Origin: Candidatus Electronema halotolerans
Lineage (GTDB): Bacteria; Desulfobacterota; Desulfobulbia; Desulfobulbales; Desulfobulbaceae
Assembly: GCA_942493095.1 (NCBI GenBank)
Contig: OW818675.1
Location: forward strand, 1,410,001 to 1,442,000
Length of the DNA stretch: 32,000 bases
Direction: 5' to 3'
The translations under genes and the position numbers were made by a program. This document shows, in pieces, positions 9,128 to 16,623 of the stretch (the first letter of the stretch is position 1; each line of letters opens with the position of its first letter). Under the pieces are notes generated by a model. That model did no database searches. It saw nothing but the letters and a program-made list of their open reading frames with translations, and had not been told where the DNA came from.

Positions 9128-9156
9128 TTTACAAGCACCTGCAAACGCAGTATAGT
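9128..9156 (+). promoter_or_regulatory. Sigma70-like promoter TTTACA-N17-TATAGT upstream of the Met/Gln-rich protein gene
   Basis: TTTACA lies at 9128-9133, followed by an exact 17-nt spacer and TATAGT at 9151-9156. An A/T-rich tract (aaaaaaa) lies immediately upstream. This would give a leader of about 170 nt before ATG 9331. The call rests on sequence match only. Confidence 0.4.
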
Positions 9157-9330
9157 CAGACTGAGGAATTTACTTGAAATGATGCTTCTCGTTTTTTCAA
9201 ACCAGAGGAGCGGAACAAACAAAGCATAATGCTGCGCATCCAGCCTGCTGTCCGATCAGGCATGAGCAATAAGTCGGGTCTCAAGGCTGCGGTCTGGCAG
9301 CCATTATGTCAACACGAGGAGGAGTTGGAA

Positions 9331-9669
9331 ATGAAGGGCATGATCGTTAAATTAGTACTGGCAGCATCGGCAGGTCTTCTGATGGTTGCAGGTTCAGCAT
9401 CCGCGCAGGCAATGAAGCAGCAGGCGCCCGGAGGCTACACGCTTGAGCCGAGCACCATGCAGAACATTGATCAGATCATCCTCCAGATGCAGCAGGAGAT
9501 GATCCAGAAGAACTATTCCGCCATGCTGCTCAAGCCGCAGATGATGGCCAAAATGATGAATGAGCGCGCTCCGCAGAACTTCATGCAGGGCACCATTCAG
9601 CCGGTGATGATGCAGAAAATGCGCGATCAGATCAAACCGCAGCAGATGCAGATGATGCAGACTCGCTAA
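9331..9669 (+). CDS. Small secreted Met/Gln-rich protein (112 aa) with Sec signal peptide
   Basis: GGAGG at about 9319-9323 lies 7-8 nt before ATG 9331. The N-terminus MKGMIVKLVLAASAGLLMVAGSASA/QA is a classic signal peptide with an ASA cleavage motif. The mature part has about 16 Met and many Gln, with no Cys or His (QMMAKMMNERAPQNFMQGTIQPVMMQKMRDQIKPQQMQMMQTR). The upstream part of ORF 9229-9669 lacks an RBS. Confidence 0.6.
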   Translation: MKGMIVKLVLAASAGLLMVAGSASAQAMKQQAPGGYTLEPSTMQNIDQIILQMQQEMIQKNYSAMLLKPQMMAKMMNERAPQNFMQGTIQPVMMQKMRDQIKPQQMQMMQTR

Positions 9670-9722
9670 TAGCAGCCGGCCTCCGCGCCCCTCCCTTTCT
9701 TTCCTTGCAAAGAAAGGTTGAG

Positions 9723-9775
9723 AAATAACCAGATATGCTGCGCAAGCGCGGCGTGTCTGGTTATTTTTATTTTCT
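9723..9775 (+). terminator. Rho-independent terminator after the Met/Gln-rich gene
   Basis: An 11-bp perfect stem pairs AAATAACCAGA (9723-9733) with TCTGGTTATTT (9756-9766). The stem runs into TTTTATTTTC. It is preceded by a second hairpin, CCTTTCTTT (9694-9702) with AAAGAAAGG (9709-9717). Confidence 0.6.
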
Positions 9776-10044
9776 GCTGACGGACATTGCAGACGAAGTT
9801 CCATGAGCACTTTCGCGTGACAGGCAGTTGAGCGGAGCCGCAGCCACCAGCCTGTGAGTCGGTTCTGCTCCGGCAAGGCCTGTCAGGTCAAGGGTTGCGG
9901 CGGAAGCACGGTTTTTCATTTACGAACCGCTGCTTGGTTGATATTGTGTCAGGTGCGGCTTGCAGCCCAGGCGGCTTGCGCCCTGAATGCCTGAGCTGCT
10001 GCCCTTGGAAGGTGAAAACGGTAATAAAGCAAAAGGAGATGATC

Positions 10045-10623
10045 ATGAAATGCAAAACAAGCGCTGTCCTTTTTGCTGTTTCATTTATTCTGTTTCTGAT
10101 TGAGTTGTTTTTCAAAATCGATCTGATGGTGCTGCTGTTCAGCTATCATGAGACATTTCTTGATGCCATGCTGCCAGTTTTCATCTTCACAGGAATTGGC
10201 TTTGCTGTCGATTATGTTCTGCATTTGCTAAAAAGAAAAGAATCGGAAAAGAATCAGCTCTATCAGGAAACCGTTTTTGGCATGAATCATCTGGTGCGGA
10301 GCCTGCAAAGCAAATTTATCATGATCACTGAATCGGAAGCAGTTAAAAAGGAGTTGGGCTGCGATCTCATTGAACTGCTCAGGGAGTCATCTGAAGATAT
10401 TGAAAAAATCCTTGATAAATTGACTGATCTGAACAAGGCTGATTCTGAGACTGTCAAAGAGATTTTGGACAGTCCAAATCACTGCCATATCTGCGGCTGC
10501 GAGATAAAAGCCTCAAAGCGGGCAACGCATTGCGCCCATTGCAAAAAGATAGGTTGTCCGATCCGTGAAGCGCAGCAGACGCAGGAGGGAGCAGAATCAG
10601 TTTCCTGTCAAAGAGATAACTGA
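10045..10623 (+). CDS. Hypothetical membrane protein (2 predicted TM helices, coiled-coil middle, C-terminal Cys/His zinc-ribbon-like cluster)
   Basis: GGAG at 10035-10038 precedes ATG 10039 and ATG 10045 (MIMKCK...). Hydrophobic segments are AVLFAVSFILFLIELFF and MLPVFIFTGIGFAVDYVLHLL. The C-terminal cluster is HCHICGCEIKASKRATHCAHCKKIGCP. The GC-rich 5' extension of the ORF (9895-10038) is unlikely to be coding. Confidence 0.55.
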   Translation: MKCKTSAVLFAVSFILFLIELFFKIDLMVLLFSYHETFLDAMLPVFIFTGIGFAVDYVLHLLKRKESEKNQLYQETVFGMNHLVRSLQSKFIMITESEAVKKELGCDLIELLRESSEDIEKILDKLTDLNKADSETVKEILDSPNHCHICGCEIKASKRATHCAHCKKIGCPIREAQQTQEGAESVSCQRDN

Positions 10624-10680
10624 TGCTGTCAAATTTGTTGACTCGCAGGAGTGCGAATATTTTTTTACAGAGGAACAACC

Positions 10681-11706
10681 ATGAGCAAGAGAATTGTTCT
10701 GTTTAACCATAAAGGCGGAGTCAGCAAGACAACTACGACCTATAATCTGGGTTGGAAACTTGCTGAAAACAGTCGCGTCCTTCTCGTTGATGCTGACCCT
10801 CAATGTAATTTGACCAGCCTGCTGCTCGGTGATGATTTTGATAAATATTATACAGAAAAAGAAACATGTCGTCACAACTTGCGTGATGGAGTCGAGGTGG
10901 CATTCAAAGGTAAGCCCTCTCCAATAACGGCAATTGACTGTTTTGTTCCATCAAGACAGCCAAACCTGTTTTTAATTCCAGGGCATCCGAATTTGTCTGA
11001 GTTTGAGGCTGCTCTTACTTTTGCACAGACTTCAAATAATGCAATTGCAACTCTAGAAAATCTTCCAGGAGCATTCAGTGCATTTTTGAAAGAAGTAGAA
11101 AGGAAATATAAAACTGAATATACGATTATTGACTTAAACCCAAGTTTAAGCTCTATTAATCAAAATCTTTTTCTGGCATCAGATTACTTGATTATTCCAA
11201 CGAATCCTGATCCATTCTCTTTGATGGCAATAGACACACTTCGGGCAGTGATGCCTCGCTGGGCTAAATGGTTAAAAGAAAACGCATCATTATTTTCTGA
11301 AGCATCTTATCCATTAGATGAAAATCCACCAGTTCTGCTGGGTACTATTATTCAGCGTTTCAATGTTCGGAATCAGAAAGCAGCACGGCCATATCGTAAT
11401 AATATTGAAGACATAAAGAAAAAGATAGTTTTAGAGCTTCTTCCCGATTTGATGCGATTAGGCATGGCAAAAAAAGAGAAGGATTACGGAAGTATATTGA
11501 TGCAAAATGGTCTTTGTCTTGCAGAATTGTCTGACTTTCAGGGTTTGCTGCCGAAAGCTACAAATGCAGGAGTTCCTGTGTATGCGCTTACTGATGATGA
11601 AATAGGAGCAACTGGTATTGTATTAAAAGGAATGCAAGAGAATCGAAAACGATTTGGAAAACTTTTTGATCAACTTGCGGCGGAAGTCAGACGGTTGACC
11701 GCATAA
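10681..11706 (+). CDS. ParA/Soj/MinD-superfamily ATPase (341 aa, longer than classical ParA)
   Basis: A deviant Walker A motif KGGVSKTT lies at 10711-10734 within MSKRIVLFNHKGGVSKTTTTYNLGWKLA. Other motifs are VLLVDADPQCNLT and a Walker B-like YTIIDLNPS. The start is ATG 10681. Confidence 0.85.
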   Translation: MSKRIVLFNHKGGVSKTTTTYNLGWKLAENSRVLLVDADPQCNLTSLLLGDDFDKYYTEKETCRHNLRDGVEVAFKGKPSPITAIDCFVPSRQPNLFLIPGHPNLSEFEAALTFAQTSNNAIATLENLPGAFSAFLKEVERKYKTEYTIIDLNPSLSSINQNLFLASDYLIIPTNPDPFSLMAIDTLRAVMPRWAKWLKENASLFSEASYPLDENPPVLLGTIIQRFNVRNQKAARPYRNNIEDIKKKIVLELLPDLMRLGMAKKEKDYGSILMQNGLCLAELSDFQGLLPKATNAGVPVYALTDDEIGATGIVLKGMQENRKRFGKLFDQLAAEVRRLTA

Positions 11707-11709
11707 GCA

Positions 11710-12318
11710 ATGATTGTAAATTTCCGAGAAAGTTTGGCTGATGCTGAAAGATTGCGACTGCTTTATGCGCATTGCCTTGACCAGCTCCATCTTCCCGGAG
11801 ATTACAGTGATCTGCTCAGGATGAGCTTTATTTATTGCCTGAGCGCGCTGGACAAGTTGATGCACGATATTATTTTGCACGAAATGGTGGAAATATATGC
11901 TGGAAGGCGTTCGCCAACTCCTAAATATCTCTCCGAAGCACTTACGATTGAAAATCATCTTCTACTGTCAGAGGCAACTGTTCCTCCTCCTGAAATTCTC
12001 TTTGAAAAAATTATTCGGCGAAAACTTGGCTATCAAAGCTTTATGGATCCGGCAAAACTTGCCGAAGGCTTATCGCTCATTTGGGAAGAACCGCATAAAT
12101 GGCAGGCTATTGCCAACGAATTAAGCAAAGATGAGAAACAGATCAAGATCGAACTCAGAAATATCGTCAAGCGGAGAAGCGCGATAGTTCATGAGGCTGA
12201 CCGAGACCCAAGCACTATGGAGAAACTGCCTATTGATCAAGATGATGCCGAGCGAGTTCAGCTATTTATCAGCGAGATAGGAGAAATTGTTTACCGGCTT
12301 GTCTGTTTGATACCATGA
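11710..12318 (+). CDS. HEPN-superfamily protein (predicted RNase) with Rx4H motif
   Basis: The gene starts 3 nt after the ParA-like stop. The sequence looks all-helical. The motif ELRNIVKRRSAIVHEAD carries R-x4-H at 12172-12192 (RRSAIVH), in the C-terminal third where HEPN catalytic motifs sit. Confidence 0.65.
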   Translation: MIVNFRESLADAERLRLLYAHCLDQLHLPGDYSDLLRMSFIYCLSALDKLMHDIILHEMVEIYAGRRSPTPKYLSEALTIENHLLLSEATVPPPEILFEKIIRRKLGYQSFMDPAKLAEGLSLIWEEPHKWQAIANELSKDEKQIKIELRNIVKRRSAIVHEADRDPSTMEKLPIDQDDAERVQLFISEIGEIVYRLVCLIP

Positions 12319-12363
12319 AATGATAATGATGCCGCAGTCAATGCGCTTGCAAATTGCCCGACC

Positions 12364-14331
12364 ATGACCACCTACATCACCACCCCGATTTACTACGTCA
12401 ATGCCCTGCCGCACATCGGCCATGCCTACACCACCATCATCACGGATACGTACAGCCGTTTCCGGCGGCTTTGCGGTGATGATGTCCGTTTTCAAACCGG
12501 CACGGACGAGCACGGCGAAAAAATTGCCCAAGCTGCGGAAAAGGAAGGATGCAGTCCGCGTGAGTATGCTGACCGGATTTCCGCCGCCTTCCGCAGCACG
12601 TGGCCGCTGCTGGATATTGCCCCGGATCGCTTCATCCGCACCACCGAGCCAGAGCATATCAAGGTGGTGCAGGCTCTCCTGCAACAGGTCTATGAGCGGG
12701 ATGATATTTACTTTGCCGAATATTCAGGGCAATACTGTAAAGGCTGCGAACGCTTCCTGACCGAAAAGGAGCTGATCGACGGCAAATGCCCGGATCACCT
12801 GACTGTGCCGGACGAGGTCAGCGAGCAGAACTACTTCTTCCGCATGTCAAAATATCAGGACTGGCTGATCAGCTATATCAAAAACAATCCTGATTACATC
12901 ACCCCGGAACGCTACCGCAACGAGGTGCTGTCATTTCTCAGCGAGCCGCTGGAGGACTTGTGCATCTCCCGGCCCTGCTCGCGCCTGACGTGGGGCATTC
13001 CCCTGCCCTTTGACGAGAAATTTGTCACCTATGTCTGGTTTGATGCCTTGATCAACTATCTGACCGGCATTGGCTGGCCAGACGGCCCAAATTTCGATAA
13101 ATACTGGAATGTTGCCGAGCACGTGATTGCCAAGGACATCCTCAAGCCGCACGCCATTTACTGGCCAACCATGATTCAGGCGATGGGCCTGCCGCCCTAC
13201 AAGCGGCTGCATGTGCATGGCTATTGGAATGTGGATGAAACCAAGATGTCGAAATCGCTTGGCAATGTTATTCGGCCCAGCGATCTGGTCGAGGAATACG
13301 GCGCAGACACGGTGCGCTATTTCCTGCTGCGCGAGATGAGCTTTGGCCGCGATGCCTCCTTTTCCACCAAGGCAATCTTTGATCGGCGCAATGCTGATTT
13401 GGCCAATGATCTTGGCAATCTCTTTTCCCGCAGCCTGACCATGCTGGCCAAGTATGCGGACTCCATCGTGCCAGAACTTGACAAGGCCAGTGTGACTGAG
13501 GAGGACCGGCTGCTGGTCGATGCGCTGGAAAAGATGGTGGAGGAATACCGCCAGTGCATGAATAATTTTGAGTTTCACCGTGCTTTGCAGGCGGTTTGGG
13601 AAGTGATCGGCATGTTGAACCGCTTCATTGTCACCAATGCGCCGTGGGAGCTGGCTAAGGACGAAAGCCAAGCCGGGCGGCTGCGCACTGTGCTTTATTT
13701 CTTGGCAGACAGTCTGCGCCTGCTGGCCTTGGTTCTGCGTCCGGTCATGCCGACTGCGGCAGGCAAAATGGCGGCAGCTTTGGGTCTGGAGGAGCAGCTT
13801 GCCAAGGCAGTGCTGGATGAGGAAGGCTGCTGGGGCAAGATACAGGCTGGCACGGTGCTGAAAACAGGCGAGGCACTCTTCCCCCGCTTGGACAAGAAGG
13901 CTGCTCAACCTGCTTCTGCTGCGCCGGAAAAAATTGCCAAGGCTGAGAGAAAAAAGGCGAAAGAAGCGGTTGCCCCGGAGACGGCAGAACAGGACGGTCT
14001 GATTACTTTTGACTATTTTGGCAAGGTTGAGCTGCGGGTGGCCGAGATTGTCGCGGCGGAGAAGATCGCCAAGGCGGACAAGCTGCTCAAGCTCACGGTC
14101 AAGGCACCGGAAGAGCGCACTTTGGTGGCGGGCATTGCCAAGCATTATCAGCCGGAAGACATCATCGGCCTGAAGGTCATTATTGTCGCCAACCTCAAGC
14201 CTGCAAAGCTCATGGGCATCACCTCGCAGGGCATGGTCTTGGCGGCCAAGGAGAAGGATGCGGACGGCAATGAGCGGCTGGTGCTTTCCACTGTGACCGG
14301 GGATATTGCGGTTGGATCGCGGGTGGCGTAG
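12364..14331 (+). CDS. metG: Methionine--tRNA ligase with C-terminal tRNA-binding (EMAP/Trbp111-like) domain
   Basis: The sequence shows TTPIYYVNALPHIGHAYTT (HIGH motif), KMSKSLGN (KMSKS motif) and a CxxC knuckle (CKGCERF...CPDH). The C-terminal segment is FGKVELRVAEIVAAEKIAKADKLLKLTV...GITSQGMVLAA. Confidence 0.95.
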   Translation: MTTYITTPIYYVNALPHIGHAYTTIITDTYSRFRRLCGDDVRFQTGTDEHGEKIAQAAEKEGCSPREYADRISAAFRSTWPLLDIAPDRFIRTTEPEHIKVVQALLQQVYERDDIYFAEYSGQYCKGCERFLTEKELIDGKCPDHLTVPDEVSEQNYFFRMSKYQDWLISYIKNNPDYITPERYRNEVLSFLSEPLEDLCISRPCSRLTWGIPLPFDEKFVTYVWFDALINYLTGIGWPDGPNFDKYWNVAEHVIAKDILKPHAIYWPTMIQAMGLPPYKRLHVHGYWNVDETKMSKSLGNVIRPSDLVEEYGADTVRYFLLREMSFGRDASFSTKAIFDRRNADLANDLGNLFSRSLTMLAKYADSIVPELDKASVTEEDRLLVDALEKMVEEYRQCMNNFEFHRALQAVWEVIGMLNRFIVTNAPWELAKDESQAGRLRTVLYFLADSLRLLALVLRPVMPTAAGKMAAALGLEEQLAKAVLDEEGCWGKIQAGTVLKTGEALFPRLDKKAAQPASAAPEKIAKAERKKAKEAVAPETAEQDGLITFDYFGKVELRVAEIVAAEKIAKADKLLKLTVKAPEERTLVAGIAKHYQPEDIIGLKVIIVANLKPAKLMGITSQGMVLAAKEKDADGNERLVLSTVTGDIAVGSRVA

Positions 14332-14393
14332 CAGAAAATAGATGTTCCCATGCGGGAGTGTGGGAACAAGTACATTACTTGAGAGGAGTTGCA

Positions 14394-15437
14394 ATGATAA
14401 AAAATCTTGAGATAAAAAATTTCAGAGGCTTCTCTGAATACAAGATTGATGATGTCGGGCAGGTCAATCTGCTGGTTGGGACAAACAACTGCGGGAAGAC
14501 TTCGATTTTGGAAGCGATTCAACTGCTTAAATTACGAGGATCCTATCTTGCATATTTTTCTAGTATTGATCAAAGAGGAGAGAAAAGTGAACAACAGATA
14601 AGTGCAAGAGATTTTCGTGGCCTATTTCATGGATTTAATTTTATACCATTATCTGCATTCTTAATACAATGCAATGATAATGAATATTTAAAAACTTCAA
14701 TCAGCACAGAGAAAGATCTTTATCTAGATATTGACACACTTGATAATGATTATAGATTTCATATTATCTATAGCGTTAAAAACAAAAAAACTGAATCTGT
14801 TATTGTGTTTAACAAGGGTAGGACAGAGCAAAGGTTTGCTAAAAATGCACCAGAACATATTAAAAATATAAAATTTGTGCCAGCATCTTCCCTGACGACA
14901 CAGAAAGTTATTGCTCTATTCGAGAAGATAGCTCTTCTTCCTGATGAGGAATTTGTACTGGAAGCTATAAGAATTATTGAACCAGATATTATGCGTCTTG
15001 CATCTCTTGGAGGAAAGACTTTCTCTGAAAGAGATACTCGTGGTGGATTTTTTGTAAAAAGCAGTAAATGGGAGGAAAGAATTCCCATAGGCAGTTTCGG
15101 TGACGGCATCTGGCGTTTGCTCGGCATCGCCTTATCTCTTGTTGGAGCAAAGAACGGAACCTTGCTGATTGATGAGATAGACACCGGCTTGCATCACACG
15201 GTGATGTCCAAGATGTGGAAGCTGATTTGCGCCACAGCAAAAAAACTCAATGTGCAGGTCTTTGCCACCACGCACAGCAGCGATTGCTGGAAAACGCTGG
15301 CTGACAATGCCGTTGAAGAAAAATTTGCAGACATGCCTATCCGTATTCATCGTATTGACAAGGATAAAAAGAAACCGGAAACTTTCACCAATCAGGAAAT
15401 GCACCTTGCCTTGAACAGAGAAATTGAGGTGCGTTGA
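14394..15437 (+). CDS. ABC-type (AAA_15/AAA_21-like) ATPase, 347 aa, no fused nuclease domain
   Basis: The RBS GAGAGGAG (14381-14388) precedes ATG 14394. The N-terminus is MIKNLEIKNFRGF. Walker A GTNNCGKTS lies at 14478-14504. There is a signature-like SFGDGIWRLLGIAL, a Walker B/D-loop LLIDEIDTGLH and an H-loop FATTHSSD. Confidence 0.85.
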   Translation: MIKNLEIKNFRGFSEYKIDDVGQVNLLVGTNNCGKTSILEAIQLLKLRGSYLAYFSSIDQRGEKSEQQISARDFRGLFHGFNFIPLSAFLIQCNDNEYLKTSISTEKDLYLDIDTLDNDYRFHIIYSVKNKKTESVIVFNKGRTEQRFAKNAPEHIKNIKFVPASSLTTQKVIALFEKIALLPDEEFVLEAIRIIEPDIMRLASLGGKTFSERDTRGGFFVKSSKWEERIPIGSFGDGIWRLLGIALSLVGAKNGTLLIDEIDTGLHHTVMSKMWKLICATAKKLNVQVFATTHSSDCWKTLADNAVEEKFADMPIRIHRIDKDKKKPETFTNQEMHLALNREIEVR

Positions 15438-15438
15438 G

Positions 15439-16077
15439 ATGATTTATGAAAAGGTGCTGCTGGTTGAAGGCGAGGAAGACAAACGGGTTATTCCTGAGCT
15501 TGTCGAAGCTAATGGCGTACAATGGGGAAATAAACCGAAAGATCGTATTGTTGAAATCAAGCCGCTCCACGGAATAGAAAAACTGCTTGATAAAAATCTG
15601 ATCAATATTGAACTGAAAGCATCTGGTTTAAAAATTCTCGGCATCATTCTTGATGCAGATGAATTTCCTTCCAAACGTTGGCAAAGCATCCGCAACTGCC
15701 TGATTGAAAGATTTCCTGATCTCCCAGAACAATTGCCACAATCTGGCCTGATTCATCTTGGTGAAATCAAAGTCGGAGTTTGGATGATGCCGGACAATAA
15801 AGAGCGTGGAATGCTGGAAACCTTCCTCCAATTTCTCCTGCCGGAAGATAGCAAGGCGTTATGGCAATTTTCCGAGCAAAGCTGCCATCAGGCAAAAGAG
15901 CAAGGTGCTTGCTTCAAAGACTGCCACAGCGATAAAGCAAAAATTCACACATGGCTGGCGTGGCAAAATCCGCCCGGAAGGCAGCTTGGTTATGCGATAA
16001 AAGAACGCATTCTTTCGCCAGACTCGCCGCAGGCGGAAATTTTTATGCAGTGGTTCAAAGCACTGTTTGAAGTATGA
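15439..16077 (+). CDS. Toprim-like protein of the DUF3226/DUF4435 type (212 aa), partner of the upstream ATPase
   Basis: ATG 15439 lies 1 nt after the ATPase stop (TGAgATG), with GAGGTG at 15425-15430 as the RBS. The N-terminal strand LLVEGEEDKRVI (15457-15480) supplies the Toprim-type Glu, and GIILDADEF supplies DxD at 15652-15660. The segment VGVWMMPDNKERGMLETF resembles what I remember of DUF3226. The family assignment is from memory and not searched. Confidence 0.65.
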   Translation: MIYEKVLLVEGEEDKRVIPELVEANGVQWGNKPKDRIVEIKPLHGIEKLLDKNLINIELKASGLKILGIILDADEFPSKRWQSIRNCLIERFPDLPEQLPQSGLIHLGEIKVGVWMMPDNKERGMLETFLQFLLPEDSKALWQFSEQSCHQAKEQGACFKDCHSDKAKIHTWLAWQNPPGRQLGYAIKERILSPDSPQAEIFMQWFKALFEV

Positions 16078-16188
16078 AGAAATATTTTCTTTTTAGAAAC
16101 CATTTTTGCTAACTTCTGCAATTTATCTGCCGATGTTTTTGTCTGCGTCAGATCGGAAACAGAGGAAACAACGTCAATGTATTAAAAT

Positions 16189-16623
16189 ATGGACGCAAGA
16201 GAAGAAGCACTGCAACTTTTTCAGTCAGGATATGCTTGCTCTCAGTCAATCGTGATTGCCTTTTCAGAGCAAGCAGGTGTTGACAGGGATACAGCAAAAC
16301 GAATATCCTCTGCTTTTGGCGGCGGCATGGGGCGACTGCGGAAAACCTGCGGCGTGTTGACTGGCGCATTTATGATACTGGGTATGAAGTATGGCAACGC
16401 AGAACCGAATGATATGGATTCAAAGCTGCATACTTATCGTTTGGTTCAAGAATTTACCAGACGATTCCAAGAAAAACACGGCGAGACAGATTGCGGCAAA
16501 CTGCTCAAAAAGCATGTCAGTGAACAAGATGTCGAACAACGGCAACACCACAGGAAAATATGTGATATTTTTGTTCGTGATGGCGCAGAAATTCTATCTG
16601 AAATATTAGACAGGCAATTTTAA
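16189..16623 (+). CDS. C_GCAxxG_C_C family protein
   Basis: The sequence has FQSGYACSQSIVIAF, GGGMGRLRKTCGVLTGAFMILG (a CGxxxG variant of the family motif) and downstream Cys residues (ETDCGKLL, KICDIF). Its stop TAA (16621-16623) overlaps the next ATG by 1 nt. Confidence 0.75.
   Translation: MDAREEALQLFQSGYACSQSIVIAFSEQAGVDRDTAKRISSAFGGGMGRLRKTCGVLTGAFMILGMKYGNAEPNDMDSKLHTYRLVQEFTRRFQEKHGETDCGKLLKKHVSEQDVEQRQHHRKICDIFVRDGAEILSEILDRQF

Noticed and set aside
9229-10044. Long 5' extensions of ORFs 9229-9669 and 9895-10623, the antisense ORF 9394-9876, and the GC-rich 9780-10040 tract considered as a possible riboswitch or ncRNA
   Set aside because: Good RBS and ATG combinations occur internally (9331 and 10045). 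The extensions lack an RBS and have different composition. I could not match the 9780-10040 tract to any riboswitch consensus I know (c-di-GMP, SAM, TPP and others), and saw only weak hairpins. A covariance-model scan (Rfam) would be needed to exclude an ncRNA.
14332-14393. Hairpin GTTCCCA/TGGGAAC between metG and the ATPase gene, considered as the metG terminator
   Set aside because: The stem is only 7 bp and has no following T-run, so read-through into the ATPase cassette seems more likely.
12931-14394. 487-aa minus-strand ORF (and 12262-12684, 13317-13559, 14148-14522)
   Set aside because: It is antisense to metG, whose identity is unambiguous (HIGH and KMSKS motifs). The translation has no motifs and has shadow-ORF composition.
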